Shown here: positions 14,180-29,892 of the stretch, piece by piece
How the letters are laid out: each line of letters starts with the position of its first letter
Numbering within the stretch: the first letter of the stretch is position 1
Source of the DNA: the human T2T-CHM13v2.0 reference genome, Homo sapiens
Length of the DNA: 64,000 nucleotides
Direction of reading: 5' to 3'
NCBI GenBank assembly: GCA_009914755.4
Contig: CP086569.2
Coordinates: 13,344,001-13,408,000, forward strand
The notes under the pieces: generated by a model
The model's database searches: none
What the model was told of the DNA's origin: nothing
Seen by the model: the letters and a program-made list of their open reading frames with translations, nothing else
Position numbers and translations under genes: made by a program

Positions 14180-14287
14180 GTAGAGGCAGGGTTTCACTAT
14201 TTTGCCCAGGCTGATCTTGAACTCCTGAACTCAAGCGGTCCACCTACCTTGGCGTGGGATTACAGGCGTGGGCCACCATGCCCGGCC
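13988..14287 (-). mobile_element. Alu SINE with an unusually long (about 40 nt) internal poly-T linker
   Basis: Reverse-complement Alu. The flanks aaggtggtcaattc and aaagtggacagttc form an imperfect target-site duplication. Confidence 0.85.
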
Positions 14288-14924
14288 AAAAGTGGACAGT
14301 TCTTGACCTCAGGTAATAAGCACCTTGTCATGAGCCCCCTCCCACCCTGAAGCTTGTCTGTGTCATAGGAAGTGAGTTCTGAGGATGGGCTACATATAGG
14401 GCCACAGCTATTGCTCCTTTGAAGTGGACGGTTGAGTGTCGTGCATTGTTTTCATTTTGTTAAATGGATCTGATGACAATACTCGCTTCAGAGTGTAATG
14501 AAGATGACGGACATCAAAAAATTTTACTCCAAAATATATTGCTTTGCCTTATTTTGAAATTGCCGCTCCAGGACCAGCAGACTGAGGTGGGGAAATTGGC
14601 ATCTGTAGAGGATCTTTGCTGTTGCAGCCAGGCCTTCCCTTTCTAAGCTTTTCCTGGATGTAGGAGAGAGAAACGGAGACTCTGACACCTTTACAGGTCT
14701 AAAAAGAAACATTTACCATGGTCGTCTCTAATGGCTGCTACCTGGGAACCTTCATCTGCATAACAAGGACCCCCTTGCTAAGCAGGCCTCTTCCTGTCTC
14801 CCTCTCATCACCTGGCTTGCCACCCATTAAACCTGCTTTACCAACATCACCTATTTGGGGCCATGCTCTGAGCCCACATTCTTCCTGCAAAGAACAGCAA
14901 ATAGCAAATTCAAATAGCAAAGTC

Positions 14925-15146
14925 ATGGTATCAACCTAGGTTCCCATCAATGGTAGACTGGACAAGGAAAATGTGGCCCATATACATTGTGGAATATTAC
15001 ACATCCATAAAAAAGAACAAGATCATGTCCTTTGCAGCAACATGGATAGAGCTGCTGGCCATTCTCCTAAGCAAACTAATGCGGGAACAGAAAACCAAAT
15101 ACCATGTGTTCTCATTTACAAGTGGGAGCTAAACACAGAGTACGCA
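14925..15146 (+). mobile_element. L1 (L1PA-like) 3'-end fragment, left part of a split element
   Basis: ccatcaatggtagactggacaaggaaaatgtggcccatatacattgtggaatattacacatccataaaaaagaacaagatcatgtcctttgcagcaacatggatagagctg...aagtgggagctaaacacagag matches the primate L1 3' terminal region. Confidence 0.8.
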
Positions 15147-15710
15147 TTGTGAAAGGAAATTAAATTTTGTGATCCTGAACTCATTTAGTCAAAGGGAAAA
15201 GTCAAGCTGGGAAGTGGGTCACACAAACCTGCCTCCCCCTTTTGGTTCCTAAATAAAATGGCTACAAGATGAAAAGCTACATGTCTCCCCCATATTTTGC
15301 CCACAAGGAAAATCCTAATGAGCTGTTAAGATTTCACCATGACAATGTATATCGATAGCTTATCTTTACAGGTGCAGTAACCCCCACCCACCAGACACAA
15401 ATCATATGTGATTGCTCCCCTGCCCCATTTTGTCCAGATTATCTTATGCAGCATGCAGATTCCCTGCATTTTCCCTCTACCCCATTTGTCTATGTCATCT
15501 TATGTAAAAAACACAGATTCACTGAGCCAGACAAAAGCATGAATAACTATTTTCCCTACCCACCTCTTCCATGAAAATTATGTACTTCTTAATTTCCCGC
15601 CCTTTCCCCTTTAAATTTGCAGCCTTCAAAATCGTCTTCGGAGAAGGCCACAGACCTGTCTCCTGGGTGCATGTCCTTAACCTTAACTTTGGCAAATAAA
15701 TCTTTTACAC
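15147..15710 (+). mobile_element. LTR family Y copy C (unassigned ERV LTR), inserted inside the L1 3' end
   Basis: Starts tgtgaaaggaaattaaatttt, contains gaaaagtcaagctgggaagtggg, ends gcatgtccttaaccttaactttggcaaataaatcttttaca. Homologous copies at 28885-29335 and 40982-41450. Confidence 0.6.
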
Positions 15711-15947
15711 TCGTCTCATCATTTTTCTTGATTGACAACATAGACACAAAGAAGGGAACACCAGACACCAGGGCCTACTTGAAGGCAGAGGGTGGGAGGA
15801 GAGTGGGGATGGGAAAACTACCTATCAGGTACTATGCTTATTACCTGGGTGATGACATAATCTGTACACCAATCCCCTGTGACAAACAATTTACCTATAT
15901 AACAATGCTACACAAGGACCCCTGAACCTAACATCAAAGTTAAAAAA
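15711..15947 (+). mobile_element. L1 (L1PA-like) 3'-end, right part of the split element
   Basis: acaaagaagggaacaccagacaccagggcctacttgaaggcagagggtgggaggagagtggggatgggaaaactacctatcaggtactatgcttattacctgggtgatgacataatctgtacaccaa...aacctaacatcaaagttaaaaaag. Confidence 0.8.
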
Positions 15948-16133
15948 GATGGTCTATAAGCTTTTGCATCCCATTGGTGATTGAGTCTTGGTTCTGAAGG
16001 TTTGCATGTATATCCACTCAATAAATTTATACGTTTTTTTCTCCTGTTAATTAAGCTGCCTCATTTCAGTGATTCAGAGAAAACTTAGGGGGCCAAGAGC
16101 CTTGGCTCTCACAAAGCCTAATCAGACTATATC

Positions 16134-16164
<31 letters not shown>

Positions 16165-16204
16165 TACTTCCCACATTACCAGAGCTCTTGGCACGTATTA
16201 GTTT

Positions 16205-18134
16205 TTGTTTGTTTGTTTGTTTTAGTATTTATTGATCATTCTTGGGTGTTTCTCAGAGAGGGGAATGTGACAGGGTCATAGGATAATAGTGGAGGGAAGG
16301 TCAGCAGACAAACATGTGAACAAGGGTCTCTGGTTTTCCTAGGCAGAGGACCCTGCGGCCTTCCGCAGTATTTGTGTCCCTGGGTACTTGAGATTAGGGA
16401 GTGGTGATGACTCTTCACGAGCATGCTGCCTTCAAGCATCTGTTTAACAAAGGACATCTTGCACCACCCTTAATCCATTTAACCCTGAGTGGACACAGCA
16501 CATGTTTCAGAGAGCACAGGGTTGGGGGTAAGGTTATAGATTAACAGCATCCCAAGGCAGAAGAATTTTTCTTAGTACAGAACAAAATGGAGTCTCTCAT
16601 GTCTACTTCTTTCTACACAGACACAGTAACAATCTGATTTCTCTTTCTTTTCCCCACATTTCCCCCTTTTCTTTTCGACAAAACCGCCACGTCATCATGG
16701 CCCATTCTCCCTGGTCGCTGTCTCTTCGGAGCTGTTGAGTACACCTCCCAGATGGGGCGGCCGGGCAGAGGCACTCCTCACTTCCCAGACGGGACGGCCG
16801 GGCAGAGGCGTTCCTCACTTCCCAGACAGGGCGGCCAGGCAGAGGTGCTCCTCACTTCCCAGATGATGGGCAGCAGGGCAGAGGCGCTCCCCACTTCCCA
16901 GATGGGGTGACGGCCGGGCAGAGGCGCTCCTCACCTCCCAGACAGGGCGGCCAGGCAGAGGTGCTCCTCACATCCCAGACGCGGTGGCGGCCGGGCAGAG
17001 GCGCTCCTCACTTCCCAGAAGGGGCGGCCAGGCAGAGGCGCTCCTCACATCCCAGACGCGGTGGCAGCCGGGCAGAGGTGCTCCTCACCTCCCAGACGGG
17101 GTGGCCGGGCGGAGGCGCTCCTCAAATCCCAGACGGGGTGGCTGGGCGGAGGGTCTCCTCACTTCCCAGATGACGTGGCGGCCAGGCAGAGGCACTCTTC
17201 ACCTCCCAGACGGGGCAGCCAGGCAGAGGCACTCCTCACTTCCCAGACAGGGCAGCCGGGCAGAGGCACTCCTCACTTCCCAGACGGGGTGGCGGCCGGG
17301 CAGAGGCACTCCTCACCTCCCAGACGCGGTGGTGGCTGGGCAGAGGTGCTCCTCACCTCCCAGATGGGGCGGCTGGGCAGAGGCGCTCCTCACATCCCAG
17401 ATGATGGGCAGCCAGGCAGAGGCGATCCTCACCTCCAAGACCGGGTGGCCAGGCAGAGGCGCTCCTCACCTCCCAGCCAGGGTGGCCGGGCAGAGGCTCT
17501 CCTCACTTCCCAGACGGGGTGGCCGGGCAGAGGCGCTCCTCACTTCCTAGATGGGGTGGCAGCCAGGCAGAGGTGCTCCTCACTTCCCAGATGGGGCGAC
17601 CGGGCAGAGGGGCTCCTCACATCCTGGACCATGGGCGGCCAGGCAGAAATGCTGCTCACTTCCTAGACGGGGTGGCGGGCGGGCAGGGGCTGTAATCTTA
17701 GCACTTTGGGAGGCCAAGGCAGGCGGCTGGGAGGTGGAGGTTGTAGTGAGCCGAGATCACGCCACTGCACTCCAGCCTGGGCAACACTGAGCACTGACTG
17801 AGCAAGACTCCGTCTGCAATCTCAGCACCTCGAGAGGCCGAGGCAGGCAGATCACCCAAGGCCAGGAGCTGGAGACCAGCCTGGTCAACATGGCGAAACC
17901 CCGTCTCCATCAAAAATACAAAAACCAGTCAGGAGTGGCGGCGCGTGCCTGGAATCCCAGGCACTGGGCAGGCCGAGGCAGGAGAATCACGGGAGCCCAA
18001 GGCAGGGAGGTTGCAGCGAGCTGAGATCATGGCAGTACAGTCCAGGCTGGGCAAGAGAGGGAGACCGTAGAAAGAAGAGGGAGAGGGAGACAGAAGGAGG
18101 GGGAGGGGGAGGGGAAGAGGGAGAGGGAGAGGGG
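16205..18134 (-). mobile_element. Full-length SVA retrotransposon (minus-strand poly-A, SINE-R, GC-rich VNTR, Alu-like, CCCTCT hexamers)
   Basis: (TTTG)n tail then tatttattgatcattcttgggtgtttctcagagagggg...ttcctaggcagaggaccctgcggccttccgcagt (SINE-R reverse-complement) at 16226-16700. Then a VNTR of 35-50 bp units cagacggggcggccgggcagaggcgctcctcacttcc at 16700-17690, antisense Alu-like at 17690-18050, and agagggagagggagac...gagggagagggg at 18060-18134. Target-site duplications gcacgtattagttt (16191-16204) and catgtattagtttt (18135-18148). Confidence 0.93.
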
Positions 18135-18170
18135 CATGTATTAGTTTTAACCAAAAAGATGGTTACTCAA

Positions 18171-18305
18171 GGCTGGGTGCAGTAGCTGACGTCTGTAACC
18201 CCAGCACTATGAGAGGCTGAAGAGAGCAGATCACCTGAGGTCAGGAGTTCAAGACCAGCCTGACCAACATGGTAAAACCCCGTCTCTATTAAAACTAAAA
18301 AAATT
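18171..18305 (+). mobile_element. Alu fragment (left arm), part of a composite Alu insertion
   Basis: ggctgggtgcagtagctgacgtctgtaaccccagc...gtctctattaaaactaaaaaaattagcc. Confidence 0.8.
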
Positions 18306-18612
<307 letters not shown>

Positions 18613-18704
18613 TTACTCAATTCATTGAAGGTGTGCAAAACTGTTAACAAAGAGAAAATGTTAAACTCAACCAAGCGAAGAACCCCTGTTTATGGCTCCT
18701 GTAG

Positions 18705-19414
<710 letters not shown>

Positions 19415-19516
19415 ATTGAAAGTGTTTTCTATTCTGTTTGAAGTAAGTGAACTGCGCCCCTACTCTCTCTCTGTAATTAGTTGTATAGTTCTTTGCTCTG
19501 TTTACTTTTACCTAAA

Positions 19517-19566
19517 GGGGTGTGTGTGTGTGTGTGCGTGCATGTATGCGTGTGTGTATGTGTGGC
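19517..19566. repeat. (GT)n microsatellite, imperfect
   Basis: gggtgtgtgtgtgtgtgtgtgcgtgcatgtatgcgtgtgtgtatgtgtgg. Confidence 0.9.
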
Positions 19567-19699
19567 TGCACCCACCCTCCTGGGGAACAGAAGCGGAACA
19601 GCCCAGCACAGACAGGTTCTCAGAAGACCAGACACCAGCACACAGCACCCTACTCACCAAAGACTCTAGGTAGAAGGCCCAGGGCAGAATGCAACTGGG

Positions 19700-20170
19700 A
19701 GCCCTAGAAAGATGACCCATCTGGCCCTCCGCCCACCGCGTGCCTAGATGTGGGGGCACCGTGCGTGTTGCCGAACTTGTTATAACTGGAGTAGCCACCG
19801 CCACCACCTCCTGTTAGACAGAGAAGGTAGAGCTGAGGGATGTTCAGGTGTCCGAGCGTGGGGTTTCCTGCAGGTGTTGGTCTGTCCAGCTCGTTGGGAA
19901 TGGCAACAAGTCGTGTGAACGTGTCACTGCCAAGAGAGCTCCAAAGAGTGACCAGCAGGGGAGAGTCAAGGGTGGCCCCACCAAAGCTTCCTCTTCCCCG
20001 TGGGAAAACTCATGCCAACACTGAGCTCTAGCTATCAAAAACACTTGCCGTCACGGGACTAACATTTACCCTGGGGACTCCAAATTCACGCAGGCGCACC
20101 CGCTTCCTGCCGAGAAACTGATATGAGATCAGCCACCCCGACGCCGGATTAGGAGGACCTTCCAGCAGAT
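19700..20170. promoter_or_regulatory. Non-repeat CpG-enriched segment; candidate CpG-island-like or promoter-like element
   Basis: About 22 CpG in about 470 bp at about 58% GC (observed/expected about 0.55-0.6 by hand count). No transposable-element homology recognised, e.g. ccgcccaccgcgtgcc, caccgtgcgtgttgccgaac, cacgcaggcgcacccgcttcctgccgag, ccccgacgccggatt. Confidence 0.35.
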
Positions 20171-20569
20171 GGTCTCAATCTTAAATGTTCTCAGTTTCTC
20201 CTTTCAAAAATAACTAGTAATTTTTAATTTATTCCTGATCGTTATTGTAATAAATTCTAAGACAGTGCTTTTATTTATTGCAAGTAAACACGGCAGAAAA
20301 GGTGACTGGATGCAATCTGGTTGTCTGAAGGATGCAGATCCAGCTTTGCAAAACAGCTGGGACAAGTCCTTTACGTCTTCTAAAATAATATTGCAGAACT
20401 AAACAGACCAGAAATCTCACATGCTTGAAAATAAAGCCTCAAACATCACACTCTTCAGCCCAATGTTGCATGCATCTCTATCTCCTATTGTCTGTACTTG
20501 TATTTCTATATGAAAGATTCTTGGCAGACATTCACCTCCAATTATAGAGAAAATTTTATATTAGAAGTG

Positions 20570-22166
<1,597 letters not shown>

Positions 22167-22333
22167 GTCTAAACAGAAATGACCACAAGTGTTTCAGTGG
22201 ACCCTCCAGGTCTACCTTTTCATTTTGTTTCCATCCAATTCACTAGCCTGGGGAAGAAGACAGATGCCCAGACTGCAAACCCCACTGATACAGCCATGGA
22301 GCCTTCTCCTTCATCCCCTGCACTAGCCTGTAG

Positions 22334-23318
<985 letters not shown>

Positions 23319-23789
23319 CCACTGTTGCCAGAATTGCTGGGGTTGAGGGCATGGCTTCAGCTTTGGGTAGATATCTGTTGGGAAACAACAGGATGATTTC
23401 AGAAAATAATGATATCTTTCGGGGAAATACCATCTATAAACAAGAATGCCAAAATACAGAAAAGGTGTAACCATCCATCGCTTTTAAGGAGCTTATTAAT
23501 CATGTAGACAATATTCACAATACCACCTCAGAGCTTACAATTAAAAAAATAAACTTCTATTTTTGTACCCTAAACTTACTCCCTTGGTCCTTTTGCAAGA
23601 AGTCCAAGGCTCTCTGAAATTAACAGGGCAGGAAGTGTGTTGTTGACCTTTCCCTGTTTAGGGCCATTACAAATGCCAGCATGGTTTATAGAAGTCACTC
23701 ACCAATATTAGGATGAAACATCTGACCTTTTGATAGTGTGTTATATTTCCATCTTGCTTGAGTTACACCCTTTCATTTGAATTTGTTTT

Positions 23790-24636
<847 letters not shown>

Positions 24637-24917
24637 TGAAATAATCAGTGCAAGCTCTTTGTACAACATGAGTCTGTATCTTCAGCACCTTTTTTGTCGC
24701 TGGACTAGAAACTTTATTTTCTGTACCCATTTTATATTCCTGGTACCTGGCACTGCCAGTACCTGGCAAGTGCTTATCCACATTGGCTCAAGAGTGAAAT
24801 TACTTTAATTCACAAAAAAGGCAAGGGTGCTGTTCTCAAAGTCCTTCCTCAGGACAGACGTCTCAGAACACTGGAAATCTAGGCTGAGAATGACTAGTTT
24901 TTCACTTCTCAAAATAG

Positions 24918-25092
<175 letters not shown>

Positions 25093-25102
25093 AAGATTCT
25101 CT

Positions 25103-25399
25103 TTTTTTGTTGTTTTTTGAGACAGAGTCTTGCTCTGCTGCCCAGGCCGGAGTGCAGTAGTGCTATCTCAGCTCACTGCCACTACCACCTCCCGGATTCA
25201 AGCAATTCTCCTGCCTCAGCCTCTTGAGTGGCTGGCATTACAGGTATGCACCACCATGCCCAGCTAATTTTTGTATTTTTAGGAGAGTCAGGGTTTCACC
25301 ATGTTGGCCAGGCTCGTGTTGAAATCCTGACTTCAGATGATCCACCCACTTCAGCCTCTGAAAGGGCTGGGATTACAGACGTGAGCCACAACACCCAGT
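25103..25399 (-). mobile_element. Alu SINE
   Basis: tttttttgttgttttttgagacagagtcttgctctgctgcccaggccggagtgcagtagtgctatctcagctcactgcc ... gtgagccacaacacccag. Confidence 0.9.
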
Positions 25400-25677
25400 C
25401 TAGACTCTCTTTTGAAGTCTCTAAAATGATACAAATGTGGGAAATTATGGAAACTTGGGGGCCAAAGAGAGAGTGGGGATGGGACACAAGGGAGCTTTGG
25501 TTTCCAGGCCAGAAGGCACTGCCCAGAGCTCATGAGCTGCATATTGGTGGCTTGGTTCAGGAAGTCTCTTGGTACCTCACTTTAAGGTCAGTCCTCCCTC
25601 AAAATGCCTTCTTCTGTGAGCTTCCCTCCTCCATTCACACACAGAATCACCAACTGCATTGATTCCTGGGCTTACTG

Positions 25678-26170
25678 CTGAGGCCTTTCTCCTTGGCTTG
25701 TAGACACCATCTTCTCCGTGTGTCCTCACAGGGTCGTCCCTCTGTGTGTGTCTGTGTCCTCATCTCCTCTTCGTATGAGGTGTCTTAGTCCATTTCAGGC
25801 TGCTATCACAGAATACTATAGACTGGGAGGCTTGTAAACAATAGAGATTGATTCTCCGGAAGTCCTGGAGGCTAGGAGTCTGAGATCAAGGTGTGAGCTG
25901 GTCTGGCCTCCTAAGGCCTCTCTCCTGGGCTTGTAGATGCCGTCTTCTCCCTGTGTCTTCATATAATCTTTCCTCTGTGTGTGTCTATATCCTCATCTCT
26001 TCTTATTAGGATACCAGTCCTATTGGGTCAGGACCCACTCTAGTGACCTTATTTTACCTTAATCTCCTCCTTAAAGACCCTGTCTCCAAAGACAATCATA
26101 TTCTGAGGAAACTGGGAGTTAGGACTTCACGCTCTGAATTTGTGGGGAGACTTAATTTATCTCATAACAG
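25678..26170 (-). mobile_element. MaLR-like LTR copy (same family as 9195-10000, opposite orientation) with about 1.7 tandem copies of the 243 bp unit
   Basis: ggcctttctccttggcttgtagacaccatcttctcc.tgtgtcctcacagggtcgtccctctgtgtgtgtctgtgtcctcatctcctcttcgtatgag twice. Then ttattaggataccagtcctattgggtcaggacccactctagtgaccttattttaccttaatctcctccttaaagaccctgtctccaaagacaatcatattctgagg. Confidence 0.6.
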
Positions 26171-26218
26171 ATTGCATCAAATGGAATCCTTGCCTGTCTT
26201 GCTACTTTTAAGACAACA

Positions 26219-26255
26219 TGGAGCCAGACATGGTGGGTCACGCCGGTAATCCTAG
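26219..26255 (+). mobile_element. Alu, 5' portion of a host Alu that was split by the LTR7 insertion
   Basis: ggagccagacatggtgggtcacgccggtaatcctag. The Alu continues at 27684 with cctagcattctgggaggccaag; cctag is duplicated (5 bp target-site duplication). Confidence 0.85.
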
Positions 26256-26490
26256 TGTCAGGCCTCTGACCCCAAGCTAAGCCATCATATACATACAACA
26301 TATATGTATACATGTTACCTGCATGTATACATCCAGATGGCCTAAAGTAACTGAAGAATAACAAAAGAAGTGAAAATGGCCTGTTTGTGCCTTAACTGAT
26401 GGCATTCCACCACAAAAGAAGTGAAAATGGCCAGTCCCTGCCTTAACTGATGACACTACCTTGTAAAATTCCTTCTCCTGGCTCAAAGGC
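26256..26490 (+). mobile_element. HERV-H solo LTR (LTR7), 5' part
   Basis: tgtcaggcctctgaccccaagctaagccatcat...catccagatggcctaaagtaactgaagaataacaaaagaagtgaaaatggcc...ccttgtaaaattccttctcctggctcaaaggc matches the LTR7 consensus. Confidence 0.88.
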
Positions 26491-27457
26491 TGAAGGGGTG
26501 GGTTGCCCCTCCACACCTCTGGGTGCTTCTCCTTAGGTGGAATGAGAGACTTGGAAAAGAAAAAGACACAGAGACAAAGTATAGAGAAAGAAATAGGGGG
26601 ACCCAGGGAACCAGTGTTCAGCATATGGAGGATCCCACCAGCCTCTGAGTTCCCTTAGTATTTATTGATCGTTCTTGGGTGTTTCTCAGAGAGGGGGATG
26701 TGGCAGGGTCATAGGATAATAGTGGAGAGAAGGTCAGCAGATAAACACGTGAACAAAGTTCTCTGCATCATAGATAAGGTAAAGAATTAAGTGCTGTGCT
26801 TTAGATATGCATACACATAAACATCTCAATGCCTTACAGAGCAGTATTGTTGCCCGCATGTCCCACCTCCAGCCCTAAGGCGGTTTTCCCCTATCTCAGT
26901 AGATGGAACATACAATCGGGTTTTATACTGAGACATTCCATTGCCCAGGGACGAGAAAGAGACAGATGCCTTCCTCTTGTCTCAACTGCAAAGAGGCATT
27001 CCTTCCTCTTATACTAATCCAATTCAGCAAAGACCCTTTACGGGTGTTGGGCTGCGGGACGGTCAGGTCTTTCCCTTCCCACAAGGCCATATTTCAGACT
27101 ATCACATGGAGAGAAACCTTGGACAATACCTGGCTTTCCTAGGCAGAGGTCCCTGCGGCCTTCCGCAGTGTTTGTGTCCTTGGGTACTTGAGATTAGGGA
27201 GTGGTGAAGACTCTTAACGAGCATGCTGCCTTCAAGCATCTGTTTAACAAAGCACATCTTGCACCGCCCTTAATCCATTTAACGCTGAGTGGACACAGCA
27301 CATGTTTCAGAGAGCACAGGATTGGGGGTAAGGTTATAGATTAACAGCATCTCAAGGCAGAAGAGTTTTTCTTAGTACAGAACAATGTGGAGTCTCCTAT
27401 GTCTACTTCTTTCTACACAGACACAGTAACAATCTGATCTCTCTCTCTTTTCCCCAC
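26491..27457 (-). mobile_element. HERV-K (HML-2) solo LTR of the LTR5 family, full length (about 967 bp), inserted into LTR7
   Basis: Reverse-complement termini: ...cttttccccaca (reverse-complement of TGTGGGGAAAAG) at 27446-27457 and tgaaggggtgggttgcccctcc (reverse-complement of gg.gcaacccaccccttca) at 26491. Internal SINE-R-like body: tattgatcgttcttgggtgtttctcagagaggggg, tcctaggcagaggtccctgcggccttccgcagtgtttgtgtcc. Approximate 5 bp duplication aaggc / aagac. Confidence 0.88.
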
Positions 27458-27683
27458 AAGACTCCCCCACTGAGCACCTTGTGACCCCCGCCCCTGCCAG
27501 AGAACAACCCCCTTTGACTGTAATTTTCCTTTACCTACCCAAATCCTATAAAACGGCCCCACCCCTATCTCCCTTTGCTAACTCTCTTTTCGGACTCAGC
27601 CCACCTGCACCCAGGTGAAATAAACAGCCTTGTTGCTTACACAAAGCCTGTTTGGTGGTCTCTTCACATGGATGTGAGTGAAA
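27458..27683 (+). mobile_element. HERV-H solo LTR (LTR7), 3' part
   Basis: agactcccccactgagcaccttgtgacccccgcccctgcc...aatcctataaaacggccccacccctatctccctttgctaactctcttttcggactcagcccacctgcacccaggtgaaataaacagccttgttgcttacacaaagcctgtttggtggtctcttcacatggatgtgagtgaaa. Confidence 0.9.
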
Positions 27684-27962
27684 CCTAGCATTCTGGGAGG
27701 CCAAGAGGGGGTTGGATCATGAAGTCAGGAGTTTGAGACCATCCTGGTCAACATGGTGGAACCCGTCTCAACCGAAAATACAAAAATCAGCTGGGCATGG
27801 TGTCGCATGCCTGTAATTTCAGTTACTTGGGAAGCTGAGGAAGGAAAACCACTTGAACCTAGGAGGTGGAGGTTACAGCGACCTAAGATCATGACATCAT
27901 GCCATTACACTCCAGCCTAGGCAATAGAGTGAGACTCAGTCTGAAAAAAAGAAAAAAAAAAA
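27684..27962 (+). mobile_element. Alu, 3' portion of the host Alu
   Basis: cctagcattctgggaggccaagagggggttggatcatgaagtcaggagtttgagaccatcctggtcaacatggtg ... gagactcagtctgaaaaaaagaaaaaaaaaaaa. Confidence 0.88.
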
Positions 27963-28884
27963 ACATGGATAGGAGCTGTTGTGGTCAGAGAAAAGAATCG
28001 GTAAACAATGCTGACATCTCTCAAAGGGACAAGCACAGACATGAGAAGCAGAGTCAACAGTTGGGCTGAGAAATGCCTCAGGGACTCAGGGAAGCCAAGA
28101 AAAATGTGCTGAATTTCAAAGGACACAGAGAGAATCTTGGGTTCCTCCAGATCAAATTCTAAGGGAAAGAGACCACTGGGCTCCAAGCATGCCCGGAGTC
28201 ATCCTGAGAAAGCTGGTTGGTGTGTGGTGAATACTTATAAATCCCCCAGCCACCTGTCAAGTCACTGGAGGAAGAATAAGAAAGAGAACATGGAAAGGCC
28301 TAGAACATTCCATCTCTGGGGTCTTCCCAATGTTGCCCATAAGCGATTGCCTTCGTTGTCTGAGAGAACGTTCCACCCCGTATTGAAGGGACTTTACACA
28401 TTACTTTCTAGGGCACTTCTTCCTTCTCAACATACACATTTGAGAACCTAGGCTAGCCTAGGCTCATTTGGGATATCCTGGGCAGGAACACTGGTTAAGG
28501 GGAATTTCTGCTCATGTACCACAGTATCTGTAGCTATGTTCCAACCAGCTTCATGTTTCCTCTTCCTTGGGTGCGTAGGTTAAATTTGACCATTTCCTGT
28601 GCCAAATACTCCATGTTCTCATGTCCAATTATGAAAGGAAAATAATTATTTATCTTGGGACCCCAAAATATTAAGCCAAGGGAAAAATCAACCCAGAAAA
28701 AAAATGTCAGTCAGCCCTGCCTCCCATTTTCTTTCTAAATACGATAACTACAAAAAATAATTTTTTTTAAGTTTTTTAAAAGCTACATACTGTCCTCACA
28801 ACTTGAGTAGATTGTTTTGTTTACCCTAAAACAGTTCTGTGGAATTTCACCCTGGCAATGTACACTGATAGCTCATCTTCACGG

Positions 28885-29335
28885 GTGTGGGACAGAAAGT
28901 CATCCCCTCTGCTCCCCTGAGACACACATGTCTGATTTCTCCCTCTGCCCTATTATTGATGTAAAAATGCAGATTCACTGGGCCAGACTGAGGTATAAGT
29001 AACGATTCCTTTGCCCTGTCTCACATGTAAATTGAGTTATCAGTGAAAGCCCAATCAAGGACTTGGAAGAAGGCAACTAGTTGTCTCTTAACTTCCTATG
29101 ACCTGGAAGCCCCTGCTTCCGGTTGTCCCGCATTTCCAGATCGAACCAATGTACTTCTTATATATATTGATTGATATCTCATGTCTCCCTAAAATGTGTA
29201 AACCAAGCTGTGTCCTGAAGACTTTGAGCACTTGTCATCAGGACCTCCTGCGGCTGTGTCACGGGCATGTCCTTAACCTTGGCAAAATAAACTTTGTAAA
29301 CTGATTGAGACCTGTCTCAGATATTTTGGATTCAC
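28885..29335 (+). mobile_element. LTR family Y copy A
   Basis: ccaatgtacttcttatatatattgattgatatctcatgtctccctaaaatgtgtaaaccaagctgtg...gcatgtccttaaccttggcaaaataaactttgtaaactgattgagacctgtctcagatattttggattca. Confidence 0.6.
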
Positions 29336-29609
29336 ACGGTATTAATTAATAATTCAGGACTGCCATGTTAAAGGCATCAGCGTGGCTGGATTTAAGCACA
29401 ACATGAAAAACCAAAGTCGGAAAGGAAGCCTCCTCTTTGTCAAGGCAAGCATCAGGAGATTGAGGCTTGAGTCATGGGGGGTCACCTCCCCAGCCTGAGC
29501 CTCTCTTCCCCTACTCCTCCTCCTACTGGGGTTCATGAGTCACTTTGCTGTGGAAGGAGGTGAGTGTTCAGACTCTGAAGATGCCCTTCCTTAAAAGATC
29601 TTGCATTTT

Positions 29610-29892
29610 AAGCTTTCTTTTCTTTTCTTTCTTTTTTTAAGACAAAGTCTCTCTCTGTCCCCCAGACCTGGAGTGCAGTGGTGCCATCTCAGCTTGCTAC
29701 AACCTCTGCCTCCAGGTTCTCAGCCTTCTGAGTTGCTGCAAATACATACCAAGACTAATTTTTGTATTTTTCGTAGAGATGGGGTTTCACCATGTTGGCC
29801 AGGCTGGTCTTGAACTCCTGACCTCAGGTGATCCAACCGCCTTGCTCTACCAAAGTACTGGGATTACAGGCATAAGCCACCATGCCCAGCTG
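29610..29892 (-). mobile_element. Alu SINE
   Basis: ttttaagacaaagtctctctctgtcccccagacctggagtgcagtggtgccatctcagc ... cataagccaccatgcccagc. Confidence 0.88.

Noticed and set aside
16907-17790. Long overlapping ORFs (88-201 aa) with strongly periodic peptides (AGQRRSSPPRRGG.AEALLTSQTGW.GRGAPHFPDGV...)
   Set aside because: They lie entirely within the GC-rich VNTR of the antisense SVA. The periodicity is that of the 35-50 bp VNTR unit, not of a protein repeat.
19840-20044. 63 and 66 aa ORFs on opposite strands inside the CpG-enriched segment
   Set aside because: They overlap head-to-head, have no start context and no codon-usage signal. The region is better explained as a possible regulatory CpG block.
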